This document shows positions 27,690-40,500 of a stretch of DNA of 64,000 nt, in pieces. Below the pieces are notes generated by a model. The model was not told the origin of the DNA and searched no databases. It saw nothing but the letters and a program-made list of their open reading frames with translations. The translations under genes and the position numbers were made by a program. How positions within the stretch are numbered: position 1 is the first letter of the stretch; the number at the start of each line of letters is the position of its first letter. This DNA is from Paragordius varius (lineage: Eukaryota > Animalia > Nematomorpha). Where the stretch lies: NCBI GenBank assembly GCA_964247055.1, contig OZ176056.1, forward strand, positions 868,001 to 932,000, given 5' to 3'.

Positions 27690-28330
27690 ACCATTAGCAC
27701 TTCAAGAGTGTCCTTGAACACTTCAAGTTGGTCCTTTGACTTTTTTGTTTTGTTTTTAACTTTTATCAATCAAATCGTATATAATTCATCTATTTTATTC
27801 TTTTTAACCTATTTTCTATAATTTAACATAAATTTTAAATCGATATTAACTTCTAATCTTTGAGAAACTGTATATCTTTATTAATTTCTTGAGATTATTT
27901 TGAATATTTAATGAACACGTAATTAAAAAATTTATCAGTTTTATGGGTTATTATATACAATTTTTTATTTAAAACATTTAAAAATTTAAAATTTTCTTAA
28001 ATTGGAAAAAAATTAGTTTGAAACAAAAAAGTGGTTTTTGAATAAAATATTGTATTTTTAAATGAATAAATATATAGTAAATAAAGAAAATTAGGTTTAT
28101 AAATAATAAAATAAAAAAATAAATGCAAAAATTATGGTTAAATCAAAATTTATAAATTTTAAGGACCAACTTGAAGTGTTCAAGGACCAACTTGAACTCA
28201 AGGACCAACTTGAATTGTTCAAGGACCAACTTGAAATGTTCAAGGACCAACTTAAGGAGTTCAAGGACCAACTTGAATTGTTCAAGGACCAACTTGAAGT
28301 GTTCAAGAACACTCTTGAAGTGCAAATGGT
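27690..28330. mobile_element. MITE family A', copy 2, with expanded 21-bp tandem array
   Basis: TATACCATTAGCACTTC ... GAAGTGCAAATGGTATA; about seven AAGGACCAACTTGAA.TGTTC units at 28160-28305. Confidence 0.82.
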
Positions 28331-29646
28331 ATATAATAATGCTAAAATTGCTATGAAATTGCAATAATATGCATTAAAACAAAAATTCCATGGAAAAATT
28401 AAACTTAATTTTTAAATATATCTGCCATTAATGAAAGCACAAATAGAGAATATATCACATTCAATTCAAATCGAGAAATTAATGATTTTTTCACAGAAAA
28501 CAACTTAAACTTACTCCACTCAAATTCCTGCTACCATGTTTAGCATGCAAATTTTAAATAGATTTAAGAATATATTAGATATATATTTCTAAGCTACCTT
28601 TTATTATTGTATTAAAATATAATCCGACGTCTTAATAAAGATCAATATTAAGAATGCACTGCTTGTTTTACCTAGATTTGAACATATTCCTTGACCGATG
28701 TGTTTAGAGTAGTTATTTTTATAAAATCATTTGCTCAGGAATATTGTATAATAATATTATCAAATTAAAGATATTTTTTTCAAATGTAACAAAAAGTTTA
28801 TCTAATAAATTAAATTGAAATTTTTTGAGAGTAATTATAGAGAGAAATAAGGTTGTCAAATTTATTTTCTTTAAATATCGCAAGGAAATCAATCAAAGAA
28901 TTTGAAAAATTATTCTAAAATAAAAAAAACATTTACCAATTGCAAATGTTTTCGAATAGGTTAACCCCAATAATATGGTGTTGCTATACCAAAAATGGGA
29001 CTGTAGTTTTCAGAAATATGGTTTTTTTTACTAAATAAAGACCATAAAAGGTATACCAGTGGCATTTTCAGATTTTAAGGGAATAAATAATTAAGATGAA
29101 AATTAATAAAAAAATATTTAAAATTTTTTTGCGAATCGATTAATTTTTAACTTTATAAAAAATTTAAATTCTACATCGCCACTCAAAAATTAAATAAACT
29201 TTTTGCAAAAAATTGTTTTTTATAAGAGCCGCTCAAAATTCAAAAGGCCACAAGAGTATTAAAACACCCGTTAAGCACCCGTGACAGAATAAAAACTAAA
29301 TAAATTGATATATGATTTTTTCATAAAAATTATCATTTATCATGTTTTATAACATTAATTTCCACTAAAACTTGATTACAAACGTATATTCACTGTGAAA
29401 ATGTTTACTCATAAAAACTTTTTGGAAAGCCTTTGATGTCAATAAAAAGAAGATTGTTTACGAGTTTAAGCTCTGGGGTAAAGAACAACCCCAAATGGTC
29501 ATCGTGTACAAACAAACGAAAAGGCAAGGAAAATATTTATCTTTAATAGATATTTTGAAAAAATAAAGGTTCAAATAAAAACGTAGTTTTTGGTATTTTT
29601 TAAATTGTCCGAAATATCATAACAATTTTACTGTAATTGTTTAAAT

Positions 29647-29905
29647 CAGGGGGGTCCGACACGCGGCCTGCCAAGACTTTGTGTACGGCTTGCAATATAA
29701 TTAAAAAACCAAATTTGCAAAAATTAGTCCACATAATCTGTGAAGTTCATATTTTTTGAACAAAAAAGTTTATCTAATTGGCAGGAACTAGAGTAAAAAA
29801 TCTTATATACGTAATGCATTTTACTATTATAAAACATCATAGAAAACTATGAAAGTCCATATAATTTTAATTGAGGCCATCTAAGTATTGTGTTGGACAC
29901 ACCTG
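29647..29905. mobile_element. hAT-type MITE
   Basis: CAGGGGGGTCCGACAC ... GTGTTGGACACACCTG termini; 8-bp flanks GTTTAAAT / GTTTATAT. Confidence 0.7.
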
Positions 29906-30673
29906 GTTTATATACTACTTTAAGTTAACAACTAGAAACTTAGCCAACTTCAGCTTATTCGTTTTTAATTGTTTTACCCATGATTTTTATAATTAAAAAA
30001 TCTCTTTTTATTATAAATTAATTCAAAAAATAAATGAATAATTAAAAATTTAATTTTTTAATTATATATATATTAATTATAAAAATGCATATAAATTAAA
30101 AATTATAAATAAACGAAAATAAAATTATATTATAATTAAATCAAAAAAATTTGCCATAATTTTAAAATGGCAAACTTTTATATCTAGAGAGATTCCCAAA
30201 AAAATTATTTTAAGCCAACATACACCAAGTACTATTTTATAAATAATTTATAAAATTATATTTTCACATTAAAACAATATTTTTCGTTATAAAACATAAT
30301 TATTGTGAAACACGCAAAAAGTGGAATAGCAAGGTATATAGTTTACCTTATGTGTCATTATTAATTATTTTTAGGAGAGGCTCCTTCAATAATATATTTG
30401 GCAAAAACTCTGCCTTAATTAATATGGCAAACAAATAAAATGCGTTAAGAAAACACTCCTGATATTTTGGAAAACATAATAGCTATATTCCCCAACATTA
30501 TATTTTTCGAAAGAGATTTTGAAAAAAAATTTATTTATCACATTTTAATCCAAAACAAACAAATTTTTTTCCTAGATATAGTCATTTCAATCGTTCGTTA
30601 TCTTTTATTCTCACAAAACATCATCATTGTTTTATAAAATTATCTAATTTTTTTAAAATTAAAACAGGGAAAA

Positions 30674-31318
30674 ATGTTCCGATATCGCAATCGGTTTACT
30701 AAACCATCCTATGCCTCTTGCTTGATTCTAGCTTTTTTATTTTTACATTGTTGGATATTTCATTCAACTGGTCATGGAGTAAATGGTCAATTACTTTTTT
30801 CACGAGATTGGCACGCAGGAGGTGGGAAAAAGAGATCTGAACCTTTCATATTTTCGACAAAAAATGACCGTTTTCAAGATGGTAATATCCAGGAACCCGT
30901 AGTATTTTCAACTCGTGGTCAAGATTTAAGAAAACAATCAAATTTTGAACAGGTCTTGAAATTTAAACTCAATTCTATTATGGCTCATTGTGATGTCCGA
31001 GGGAGGATGGACATAATCAATTTGTTAGCGTATGCGTTAGATGCGGTAAAGTTTTATATTAATTCTATAAAACTTTTTTAATTTATTTTTTCTATATTTT
31101 ATCTTTTTTAAAAATTATAATTTTCGTGTTAATAATATATCATTCAAATTTTTAATCAAATTTAAATTAAAATTTTTATATGTTAATAACTCGTGTAAAA
31201 GAAATAAATTTCAACAATAAAACTCATCATCAAAATGTTACAATTTTTAAGTTTTTTATATTTTAATTTATTTTAGAGTGATAGAAATGGACCCTCGTGC
31301 CAATGTTCAAAGAAGTGA
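30674..31318 (+). CDS. AKH/corazonin-related peptide (ACP)-like, GnRH-superfamily neuropeptide precursor, about 137 aa
   Basis: Exon 1 30674-31045, exon 2 31277-31318 (GT-AG, phase 0). Hydrophobic signal peptide ends VNG, directly followed by QLLFSRDWHAGGG-KKR (30788-30835): N-terminal Gln, F4/S5/W8 AKH pattern, Gly amidation donor, basic cleavage site; C-terminal Cys-containing associated peptide. Confidence 0.85.
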
Positions 31319-33267
31319 TAATTAGTGGAAAAATTTATGTAATGAAAAAATCTTTCATCATTCAATTATTGAATTTTAAGTGTTTTTGTGCATCAGTTTG
31401 TATAATAATAAATAATAAAATTAAATTTTTTTATATATAGCTATTGTGTCGTTAAAATGAAATATGAAATTTTTTTGTAACTATAAAAGGTTTCTGCAAG
31501 ATTTTGTAAATGTAATAAAATTCCTTTAGTAACCGAGGCGTAACTAGAGGGGGGAAGGGGACTAATGCACCTTGGCGCTATAGTTAAAGGGGAATTCTAT
31601 TTTAATTTTATTATATAAAAATAACCATTAGAAATTTATCATTTTACATAATACATAAAAAATTACCTATTTATGAGTGGTCATGACCACGGTTTAAATT
31701 TTATTTTTTTTTAAAAAATGCAAGAAGTCGCATGGAAGGGGATGGGGTGCCATCATAAATTCATGCACTAGTCGCCAGAAAGAACTGGGCCTCTGCTTTT
31801 AATAGCCCTACTTTATAAAAGCCAACCTATTAAAAAATTATAATTACAAATGACTATAAAAAGTTCAAAAGGCTGATATATGATAACTCAAATACTCATC
31901 ATCACACTGCGATAAATTAAATGCAAATATCCTTTTATGATATAATATAAAAGTATACACATTACAAATAATTCTGCAAATATTTAAAAAGGGGACCATA
32001 TTATATATACTATTTCATAGAAAACGAGTCACAATATAATTTAAAAAATTTAATGATAAATTTAAAATACTGTCGTGGTGCTTTTGGTTTAGGGAGTTAT
32101 GAGTCAATCAAAAAAGTTATATCAAATTTTATAATATTGACTTGAAATTAAACGCAAATTAGCAGACATTAGGTCAAATTTAATTATTTGTTTAAAGGAG
32201 CAAAGTAATACAAGTGTTATACTTAACATATAGTTCCACAAATATGGTATTAATTGAGTGATTAGGACTAAAGGTCGAATATTTCTTAAATCCTAGTAAC
32301 GACATAAAACTGATTTTTTGGTAAAACTTTAACGAAAATATGTAATAAAATATATGAATCAATCGCTTTAATAAATGATTGTTAGTTTTAGACAAAAACA
32401 TTTTCATATATATTGATGTTACTAATGAAATATTTGACGCTAGACTATTAAATAAAAGTGGCAAATAATAAATATTTCCGAAAAATATATATTCCACATT
32501 CCGTATCGCTGCCGAATTTCGAGAGCCATTCAAAGGAACCAGGATGGTTTAAACTCATTAATAACCCTTTATCCAATACATTAGCCAATGCAATAATTTG
32601 GAAAAAAAGATGGTCAGAAACTAACATACCAGAATGGTATAAAACTCAAATTTTGTATAAAAATAAAAAATAAATGCATATCAAAAAATCTTTTTTTTTC
32701 ATCAAAACAAAATCTTTATCAAAACAGCATCGCATTCAGATAAGCATCCTATTCGTGATTTCAATTATTTATATAAGAGGCTGGTTGGATATATGAATAT
32801 TATAAAAATTAACAAAATTGTTAAATAATGTAGGCATAATTAAACACATGAGCAGATCTAACTTGATTAGTGTCAGTAATCATGTCATATATCAATTTCC
32901 TAAAGGCAAAACTTAAAAATTTTAGTGTAGCTATCGTAAGCAATAAAACTTAAAATGGGTTTAATTATGCGTTTGCTTTGTGAAGTTTAAAAAAATTATA
33001 AATATATTCCAAACTGTAAATTATATATCTATGTTTTGGGCAAAAATTGCGAATCGATATATTAAATATAATTTAATTAAGAATGTTTGGGATAAAAACA
33101 TTACCGTATCATATTCAAAAAACAAAACGTAACAAACATCATGCCTATTGGTTAATGCAAATCCATAAAAGGGAATAATTCAATAACAAAAACATTTTAT
33201 AAAACCAGAAAGGGAATATAATTGGGTTATCTTATACAACGGGTACCACTAGAACATAATCTGCAAT

Positions 33268-33555
33268 TACAGTAAAAATTGAAATTATACGGACAAAACG
33301 TAAAAATATAAAGACAAATATTTTTTTCCAAAAGACTACCATAAGTTTTAAATCTTGATTTTTTTTATTTTAATTTATTATTAATAGTAAAAAGTGTGAA
33401 ATATAGATATATATATAATCAATTTTATATTTTACAATCGTAATTAAATAGTTTATAGAGGATAAATTAAGGTTTGAAAACGTATGGTTGTCTTTTAAAA
33501 AAATATTTGTCCTTATATTTTTACGTTTTGTCCGTATAATTTCAATTTTTACTAT
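33268..33555. mobile_element. MITE family B, complete copy
   Basis: TACAGTAAAAATTGAAATTATACGGACAAAACG ... CGTTTTGTCCGTATAATTTCAATTTTTACTATA inverted termini. Confidence 0.82.
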
Positions 33556-34649
33556 ATAAACGAGTTTAATCTACAATTTTAGCCGTACCAAAAAGCATCA
33601 ATCTCTAAAAAACCCAGTGCGCGTATAATACAGTACGTAAATGGGTATTCACAATAGTTTTAAAGCATACGAGTTATTCAATAAATTGTTAATAGAGGAT
33701 AGTAAAAGTTTTTTCCTAGATGTTTTATATCTAAAATTTAATATAAATTCAAAGCCTGAATCGAATATACTTTAAATTTATATCCCAAAAATCCTTAACT
33801 CATTATGAGACGTCATTAAAATGATAAAAATTAATTTTCTACATAATCAAATTTAAACATTTAAAAAGGCTTGATGCCGCTGTAGTATATTCAAAATTTT
33901 TATTAAACATTTGTTCTTAGTTCATAGAACAAATATTTATTATTTGATTAATAAACCCTTGAAACAGACACAAAATTTTAGTTCCATCAAAATACATAGA
34001 ATGTGTTTTGATAAGATTTATAGTTTATTGTCAGCATCAGCTATAATTAATTGCACATTGTTTTTTTAAAAATTATTGTATCAATACCAGTTATTAATCG
34101 CGAACTTTCAGAAAAGTCGAGAGCTAATGATAGCATCGTTGTGCCACAATTATATACACTAGTCGACAAATTTGGACATTTTTGAGCACCACCACTCAAA
34201 ATTTAAATTATGACTAATTTCAGTGTTCTAAAACCGAATCTGAAAAAATTTTTAATCGCCCAATAAGAATTTTGAGATATTATAGGTTTTTCAAAAACAA
34301 GAAAAAATCGAGAGAAAATTAAATATAACTTTATGAAAAGTTATTATATTATAAAATTAATATCATTAAATAAAGCGTTTTAAACTCTATCTTTTGAATG
34401 AAAAAAAGTACGGATATACACGTCAAAATTTAGTCTTTTTTTAGTTAATTTAAACACGCATAAAACTATATTAAAATACTAAAAGATGCATTCTATGGTT
34501 TTAAACCTTCGGCTTTCAGATAGGCTATATTTATGTTAATCGTTATTTCTGGTACTTATTTGTTTTTCTCTTCGGTTGATTCTGAAAAAAATCCTCTTAC
34601 TTATATCTAGTGGATATAATTTATTTTTTTGGCTGCGTTATTATTTGAA

Positions 34650-35600
34650 TTTCAAATGGATGTTGGGCAGCCACTTTTATTACCTGGATTATGGATAATA
34701 TACTACCATTTATGAACTGCAATATGTTTGAACTTATCTAATTTTCTTATCCGATTAGGTCAAATCTGTCTAAGTCCATTCTGTGAATTGGTTAATTTGA
34801 CATGTCACTTTTAGATTTTGCTGAAGTTAACTACTTTATATTGAAGGTCTCTCCTACAGTGCTTTAATCACCTCATTAATGTATACCTTTGCCATATATG
34901 GCATGATCATAGGATTGCTTGGGGGATTTTTGCAGAGCTTGTGCAAACCGCCGGGATATCAGATCACACACCATACATTAGCCCTTTTCAATTTTTAATA
35001 CTCTTTGACTCTTAGCAATATATTTTAATCCTATATTCTTAAAGTTTTGTATTCTCTTTTACTTATTACCAAATTTTTAATTAATATATCCAATAAATTG
35101 ATATTTATTTAATGTATATTATCCATTTCTTTGTCAAATAACAAGCCCGCTTGATAATAGGTATTTCTCGTTCAAAAGAGATAACAAACCAGCAGCAATT
35201 TCGGGCAGTTTATATTTTTATAAAGATCGACGACATTTTATAAAGTTCTATTATACGGATCATTAATAACATTTTCTGCAGAGTCTTCGTTAATAAAAAA
35301 ATCTTCTGTGGTATCACTGGGGCTGGTCTATTTGGATTATTTTTGCAACGTTCTAAAATTATAATGAAAAACCTGGCTTTGGAATACCACTTGTATTGAC
35401 TTGCTCGTTTAAATATTTATGTACACGAGGAATAATTGTTTTTTAAAATCAAATACAAAATTTTAAAAAAATCCTATTGGCGGCCTCATTTTTTTGTTTG
35501 GCCTTTCCATTGTAATATAAACTTCAACCTTTAATTTCTCGACAAACATAATTTTCAAATATGCTTTGAATTCGCGATTTTGAGCAACTTTAAATAAGTA
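34650..35600 (-). mobile_element. Possible highly degraded Penelope-like element remnant
   Basis: Broken minus-strand frames give fragments such as ITMERPNKK..GFF and AKVYINEVIKAL*ERPS, loosely resembling Penelope RT C-terminus and GIY-YIG motifs; many stops. Confidence 0.35.
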
Positions 35601-37551
35601 ATTTTTTATATAATATTCAATAGTAGAGTTAATTTTGGATTAAAAATCTGATAAATATACCAAAGTCCTAACCCATTATATCAATAAATAAGGATATATA
35701 TAAAGGGTCAAACGCTTCAGATTTAATATGGCAAGCGTTTGGAAGGAAAAGAATAAAATTAAATTCCAGCTGGTAGCTTGCAAAATATATTATTTAAATG
35801 ACGACAGAATTAAAATAAATGTAATTTGCCCCATAAATCTTTTTAGAAACATAATCTAAAATATTTGTCATAATTTTTATAGCTAATATATAGATTTAGT
35901 GAATGATCATAAAATCATAAATGTGAACATTATTTAATATTTAAACAGCCATCTAATTTCGTGTTTGAAAGTAAAATCTAAAAAAATGCGGAAAGAATTA
36001 TTTTTATCATATGTTTTTTAATATATATGATTTAATTAGTAGTTTATTTTATCAATTCGTTGCACATTTTATCATAAATTATATTATAATATCATTCTAT
36101 AAAACTTATAGATATAATATAACCAAGGGAGATCAGTTTTTTTGCTTATAATTTCGGTTTCAGTTCCATTATATTTTGGCAAATATTAATTCACAAAAAA
36201 TACACTTCATAAAATCGTCATAATTATATTTTAATAATGCAACTTTTCTGTAAAAATTATAAAAATCGGTATACTTTCACTTTGAATATATGATAGGAAA
36301 ACTAACAAATAACGTTTAAAGTATGTATAGTATAAAAATACCATTTACAATTCAAATTCACCCTTGAGCAATTCAAAGTTACACTAAAAAATCGTGTTAT
36401 ATAACTCATCAATAAGTTATTATTTTTTCAGCATATTAATTTTAAACAGAATTTTATATTTTAATATAACAAATAAACGTAATTTTCAATTTTTAAAAAA
36501 CACATTATTTATGTAAGGGTAAATTTGAACTGTAAATGGTATAGTTGAAAAAAAGAAAAATGGAACAGTCTCGAAAAAAGCATACGGTTTCGGTTTCTAT
36601 TCCTAAATATAACAATTGATAAAGTCCGATTTTAAAATTCAAAACCAAGATTTTTTAAACCGTTTTTCAATCGACCCTAAAAATGTATGGGCGTGATTGT
36701 TTCTAAACCTTTTTGACCAAACCTAATCGGTTATAAAAATTTACAAATTTTTGAAGAAAATACAACAAAATATATTGTAAAAAATATGGTCAAAGTATAA
36801 AAATTAATTTAATTAATTAAAAACCGACCAAAAGATGTGAGCAAAGAGTAATAGACAATAAATGCGCGTATGGTACTAATGAAATACAACTAATTTGGGA
36901 TGACATGACACAGAACGTTTCTTATAAAATATAATTAACGGAATTTTTTATTTCGAGGCTTAGGAGTCATTTAATATAAGCCGTTTTAAAACTTAATGAA
37001 AAAGCGCAAAGACAGTTGAAACCATAATATTTTATTATTATAATTAATATTTTTGAATATAACAAGTTATAAAAATATTGGCTACAAAGGTTAGGCGTAA
37101 AATGAAATTTTTTTCTATGGCGCGTGATAAGAATTGTTATGGAGCAATATAATCAAAAAAACCTTGGTATCTTTATAGCGAAATTCCTGCGTATTTTAAT
37201 ACATTTTGTGCTATATTACAAACGAATATTAAATATTATCCTAATATTTGAAGCCGGTAAAGAATTCTATTTAAAGTGTTATAAATGTTTTGTTTAATGT
37301 TCTGTCGCATAAATATTTGTCATCAACTAGCACCATTTATCATTCGCAATCTAACGGTAAAATCCCAAATCCGCAAAATTATAAACATACAAATAAGAAG
37401 TAAAACCTCTATTAACCATTTTGCAATATTTTTCCTAGTAACAATCAAACTTTCGGAGCAAAATAACCAAATTCCATATAAAAATAAATAAATATAAAGT
37501 TTATATCAACTATAATTTATATACATTAATAAAATATATATAATTAACAAA

Positions 37552-40500
37552 TTAACGACGTCCAGCGCGCCTATCAGCAGGAGAACTAGTTAAATATCTT
37601 CTGTTATCACCTGAGCCCATAAAACCTAAAAAATAAAAATTAAATAGCATTAAACTATGAAATAAAGCCTAATCCTCAAGTAAATAAGAAAACAATTCAA
37701 AACTCACTATCTCGTTTAGATGGAGCTATACCGCCAAGATCAGTGCGTCTAAAGCTAAAATCATATTCATTCTCTACACTTTCCAATCCTAAATGTGGTA
37801 GTAATAATAATATTTTTTCACAAAATATTTATATTTAGGGTTTCTTAATGCTAAAAAAAAGTAAAAAACTAATGAATGTTTCATTCACTTGAATTACATC
37901 ATTTATTTTGTGCAAATTTTAATACCCAAACCCCAAACCCGACACAGTTAAAAAGCAGTAATAGAAAAATCACCAACCACCTCCATATCCCATGTAAGCT
38001 GCTAGGGCGTTTGTTCCACTAGGTGCGCCGTTTGTACCTGGCCCTCCTCCTCCTGCAGAATTTAAAACAGCTGATGTGGGGTCTGAACTTCCGGGCGGTC
38101 CTCGACCAGGTGTTTGGGGAAAAGTAGAGGAACCTGGTGGGGCGCCCAATGCCCCTAAATTGGTGCTGTACTGTCCCATGTTTGAGGGATTGGGTTGTCC
38201 CCCACCTGAACCAAACATACTATTGAACGCTGCAGCGTTTGGATTGTTACCAGCAGGTCCGCCACCTAAAACATATGAATGCAAATTAAGAAGATGTCAG
38301 CTAGCTTCGATAAAAAATGATATATTCTGTCGAATATTAAAACAAAAAAAAGACAAACTAAAAGAAACATTTGATTTAAAATTAGTTGTAATTCCAACAT
38401 TGATATATACTTATTTTGCAATCAAATTATAAAACAGGCTCATTAAGAAAAACACCAACCAGGTGAAAGTGACAATAAATTACCCAATTAATCAACAAAC
38501 AGATCAAGAGACCCATGTAAACTAAGTATGTGAGCGTGTTAAAGCTAATTGTTTTTCAACTTATGCCTGCTATATCATTCATTCATAAACTGTTCCTCAT
38601 AGAATTGCTAAAATTTCAATATGGGACTTGATAAATATCGCAGTATTTAAAATGTGTAAAATGGAGGATGGAAAATCGAGTATATTTTACAAAAGTATAG
38701 GTTTTTTGCGTCATTATTGAAAAAAATTTGAATTTTCTATGCTTCTTTAAAATAGATAAATTGTAAAACATATATGAAAAATCCAAAGATTTTAAGAAAA
38801 ACTAACTACATGTTTTATTAAATTTCAATTTATTCTATGTCAAGGCAATCAGAATATTTGCGCATTTTTTGTATAAATAAAAATCTACCATTTTAATAAT
38901 ACCTTAGAAGCGTTAAAAAATAATTCTGTTTCATTATGATTATTCGTTTCCTAAAAGTTCGCCAAAATTTACACTTGATTTTAAAAACGCCATTTTTTTA
39001 TTACATTCTTGAATAACCTTCATACAAAATGCTAAAAGAAATGAGAGCCAGCGATGTTTTGATATATTTACTAGAAAAATAAAAAAAAATTATAATATTT
39101 ACAAAAAATAAAACTTCTCCAAGTGCATACAAAATAGAATTGGAAAAAAATTTAAACAAATTTTAAAATGTAAACTTAAATTCGCCATAAAAACCCTCTT
39201 CTAGTGGCGAGATATTTAATTGGATAATAGCGGGGGCAATTATTATACGAAATAGACAAACTTTTCCTAATGCAAAAAAGCTTAAATATTTTGATCGCAA
39301 TGACAGCGAATTCTAAAAACATTGTTTGATAAAATGCTATCTATTCTCATAAATTGTTTTAGAATTTATATAAATTAATAAATTCAAATTTGTGTCGAAA
39401 TGATAATTTTTTTACCATTAATTTATATGTAAGATATACATGACTTTTTATCCTCCATTTTAAAAAACTTCCTCATGGTATTATTCAAGCATCACTTTGC
39501 AATACAAATCTTCTGGAGCAAACTTATTATATATGAATGATATATATTTAAAATTGCAGCTATAAGTTAAAAAACTATAAGCATAAACAACTAAGTTTTA
39601 CAAAAGTCTAAGTCAACAACGTGCTTTCTTAACCCTTTCTCTCTATTGCTAAAACACTAAACACAAAAAAAGTTAACTCAGCTCGCACCTTGTGCACTAC
39701 CCATAGCTCCGGGCTGATTAGGACCACCGCTCCCTACCCCTCCTCCATTCATCATAGAGAAAATGTTGTTTAACATGCTTCCATTTACGGCATTGGGGTT
39801 ATTGGAGGGGACAGCATTATTGAAACCTAACCCTTGACTGTTCTGTTGCTGTTGCGCCAACATGCTCATGAGATTAGCTGCGTTTGTGCTGTTTGCTGAA
39901 CCAACATTATTGGACCCTAAGACGCCGGGGTTTGTCACCCCACAACCCATCATGCTTTGAAGCATTTGTTGCAATGCCCCTGCCCCTAAACCGCCATTGT
40001 TCGCTGCTAAATTGGCATTCATGATTCCGGCACCTCCTGGACCACCTAACATGCCTGGGCTAAAATAAAGTTGTTATATGCAAAATGTTAATAACCCTAT
40101 CAACCTAAAACGTCTATGAATGAATTATTAGTAGGCTTCCAAACGCCAAGCTATAATTAAATAAACTATATTTTATAGGTAAAATTATGATGTCCATTAC
40201 AATCGTCTGCGAGTGACAATTAAATATGTGTAATTTACTTCAATTTATGTAGTCGTAAATATGCGATATTTCGATTTTGGCCAAATGAGGAACGATAAAA
40301 TAAAATAACCAAGAACACCGGGCCTTTTAAGAATACTTCAAAGATAGTTGTATACAATATTTTTCAGTTAAAACTTAATGAATGAAATATTTTACAATTC
40401 TAACTAAGATTCGTATACTATAACCTTATACATGATTAATCGTTGGCCAGACGCCTTATAAACAACAGTGACTTATAAATACTTTCATTATATGCACCTA

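Noticed and set aside
28160-28305. Regular short repeats superficially like a CRISPR array
   Set aside because: Units are directly adjacent with no unique spacers, lie inside TIR-bounded elements, and the context is eukaryotic with no cas genes.
28097-28367. Four overlapping ORFs with heptad-like repeats (KDQLELF, SSWSLN)
   Set aside because: They are translations of the 21-bp tandem unit of a MITE arm, open in several frames on both strands; not a coiled-coil gene.
32440-32680. 71-aa ORF faintly resembling the start of an R4/Dong-type LINE RT (PG...LAN...IPEW)
   Set aside because: Similarity is too weak and short to support a feature without a profile search.
38076-38432. 118-aa plus-strand Gly/Pro-rich ORF
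   Set aside because: Antisense of exon 6 of the RNA-binding gene; open because of its GC-rich codons.
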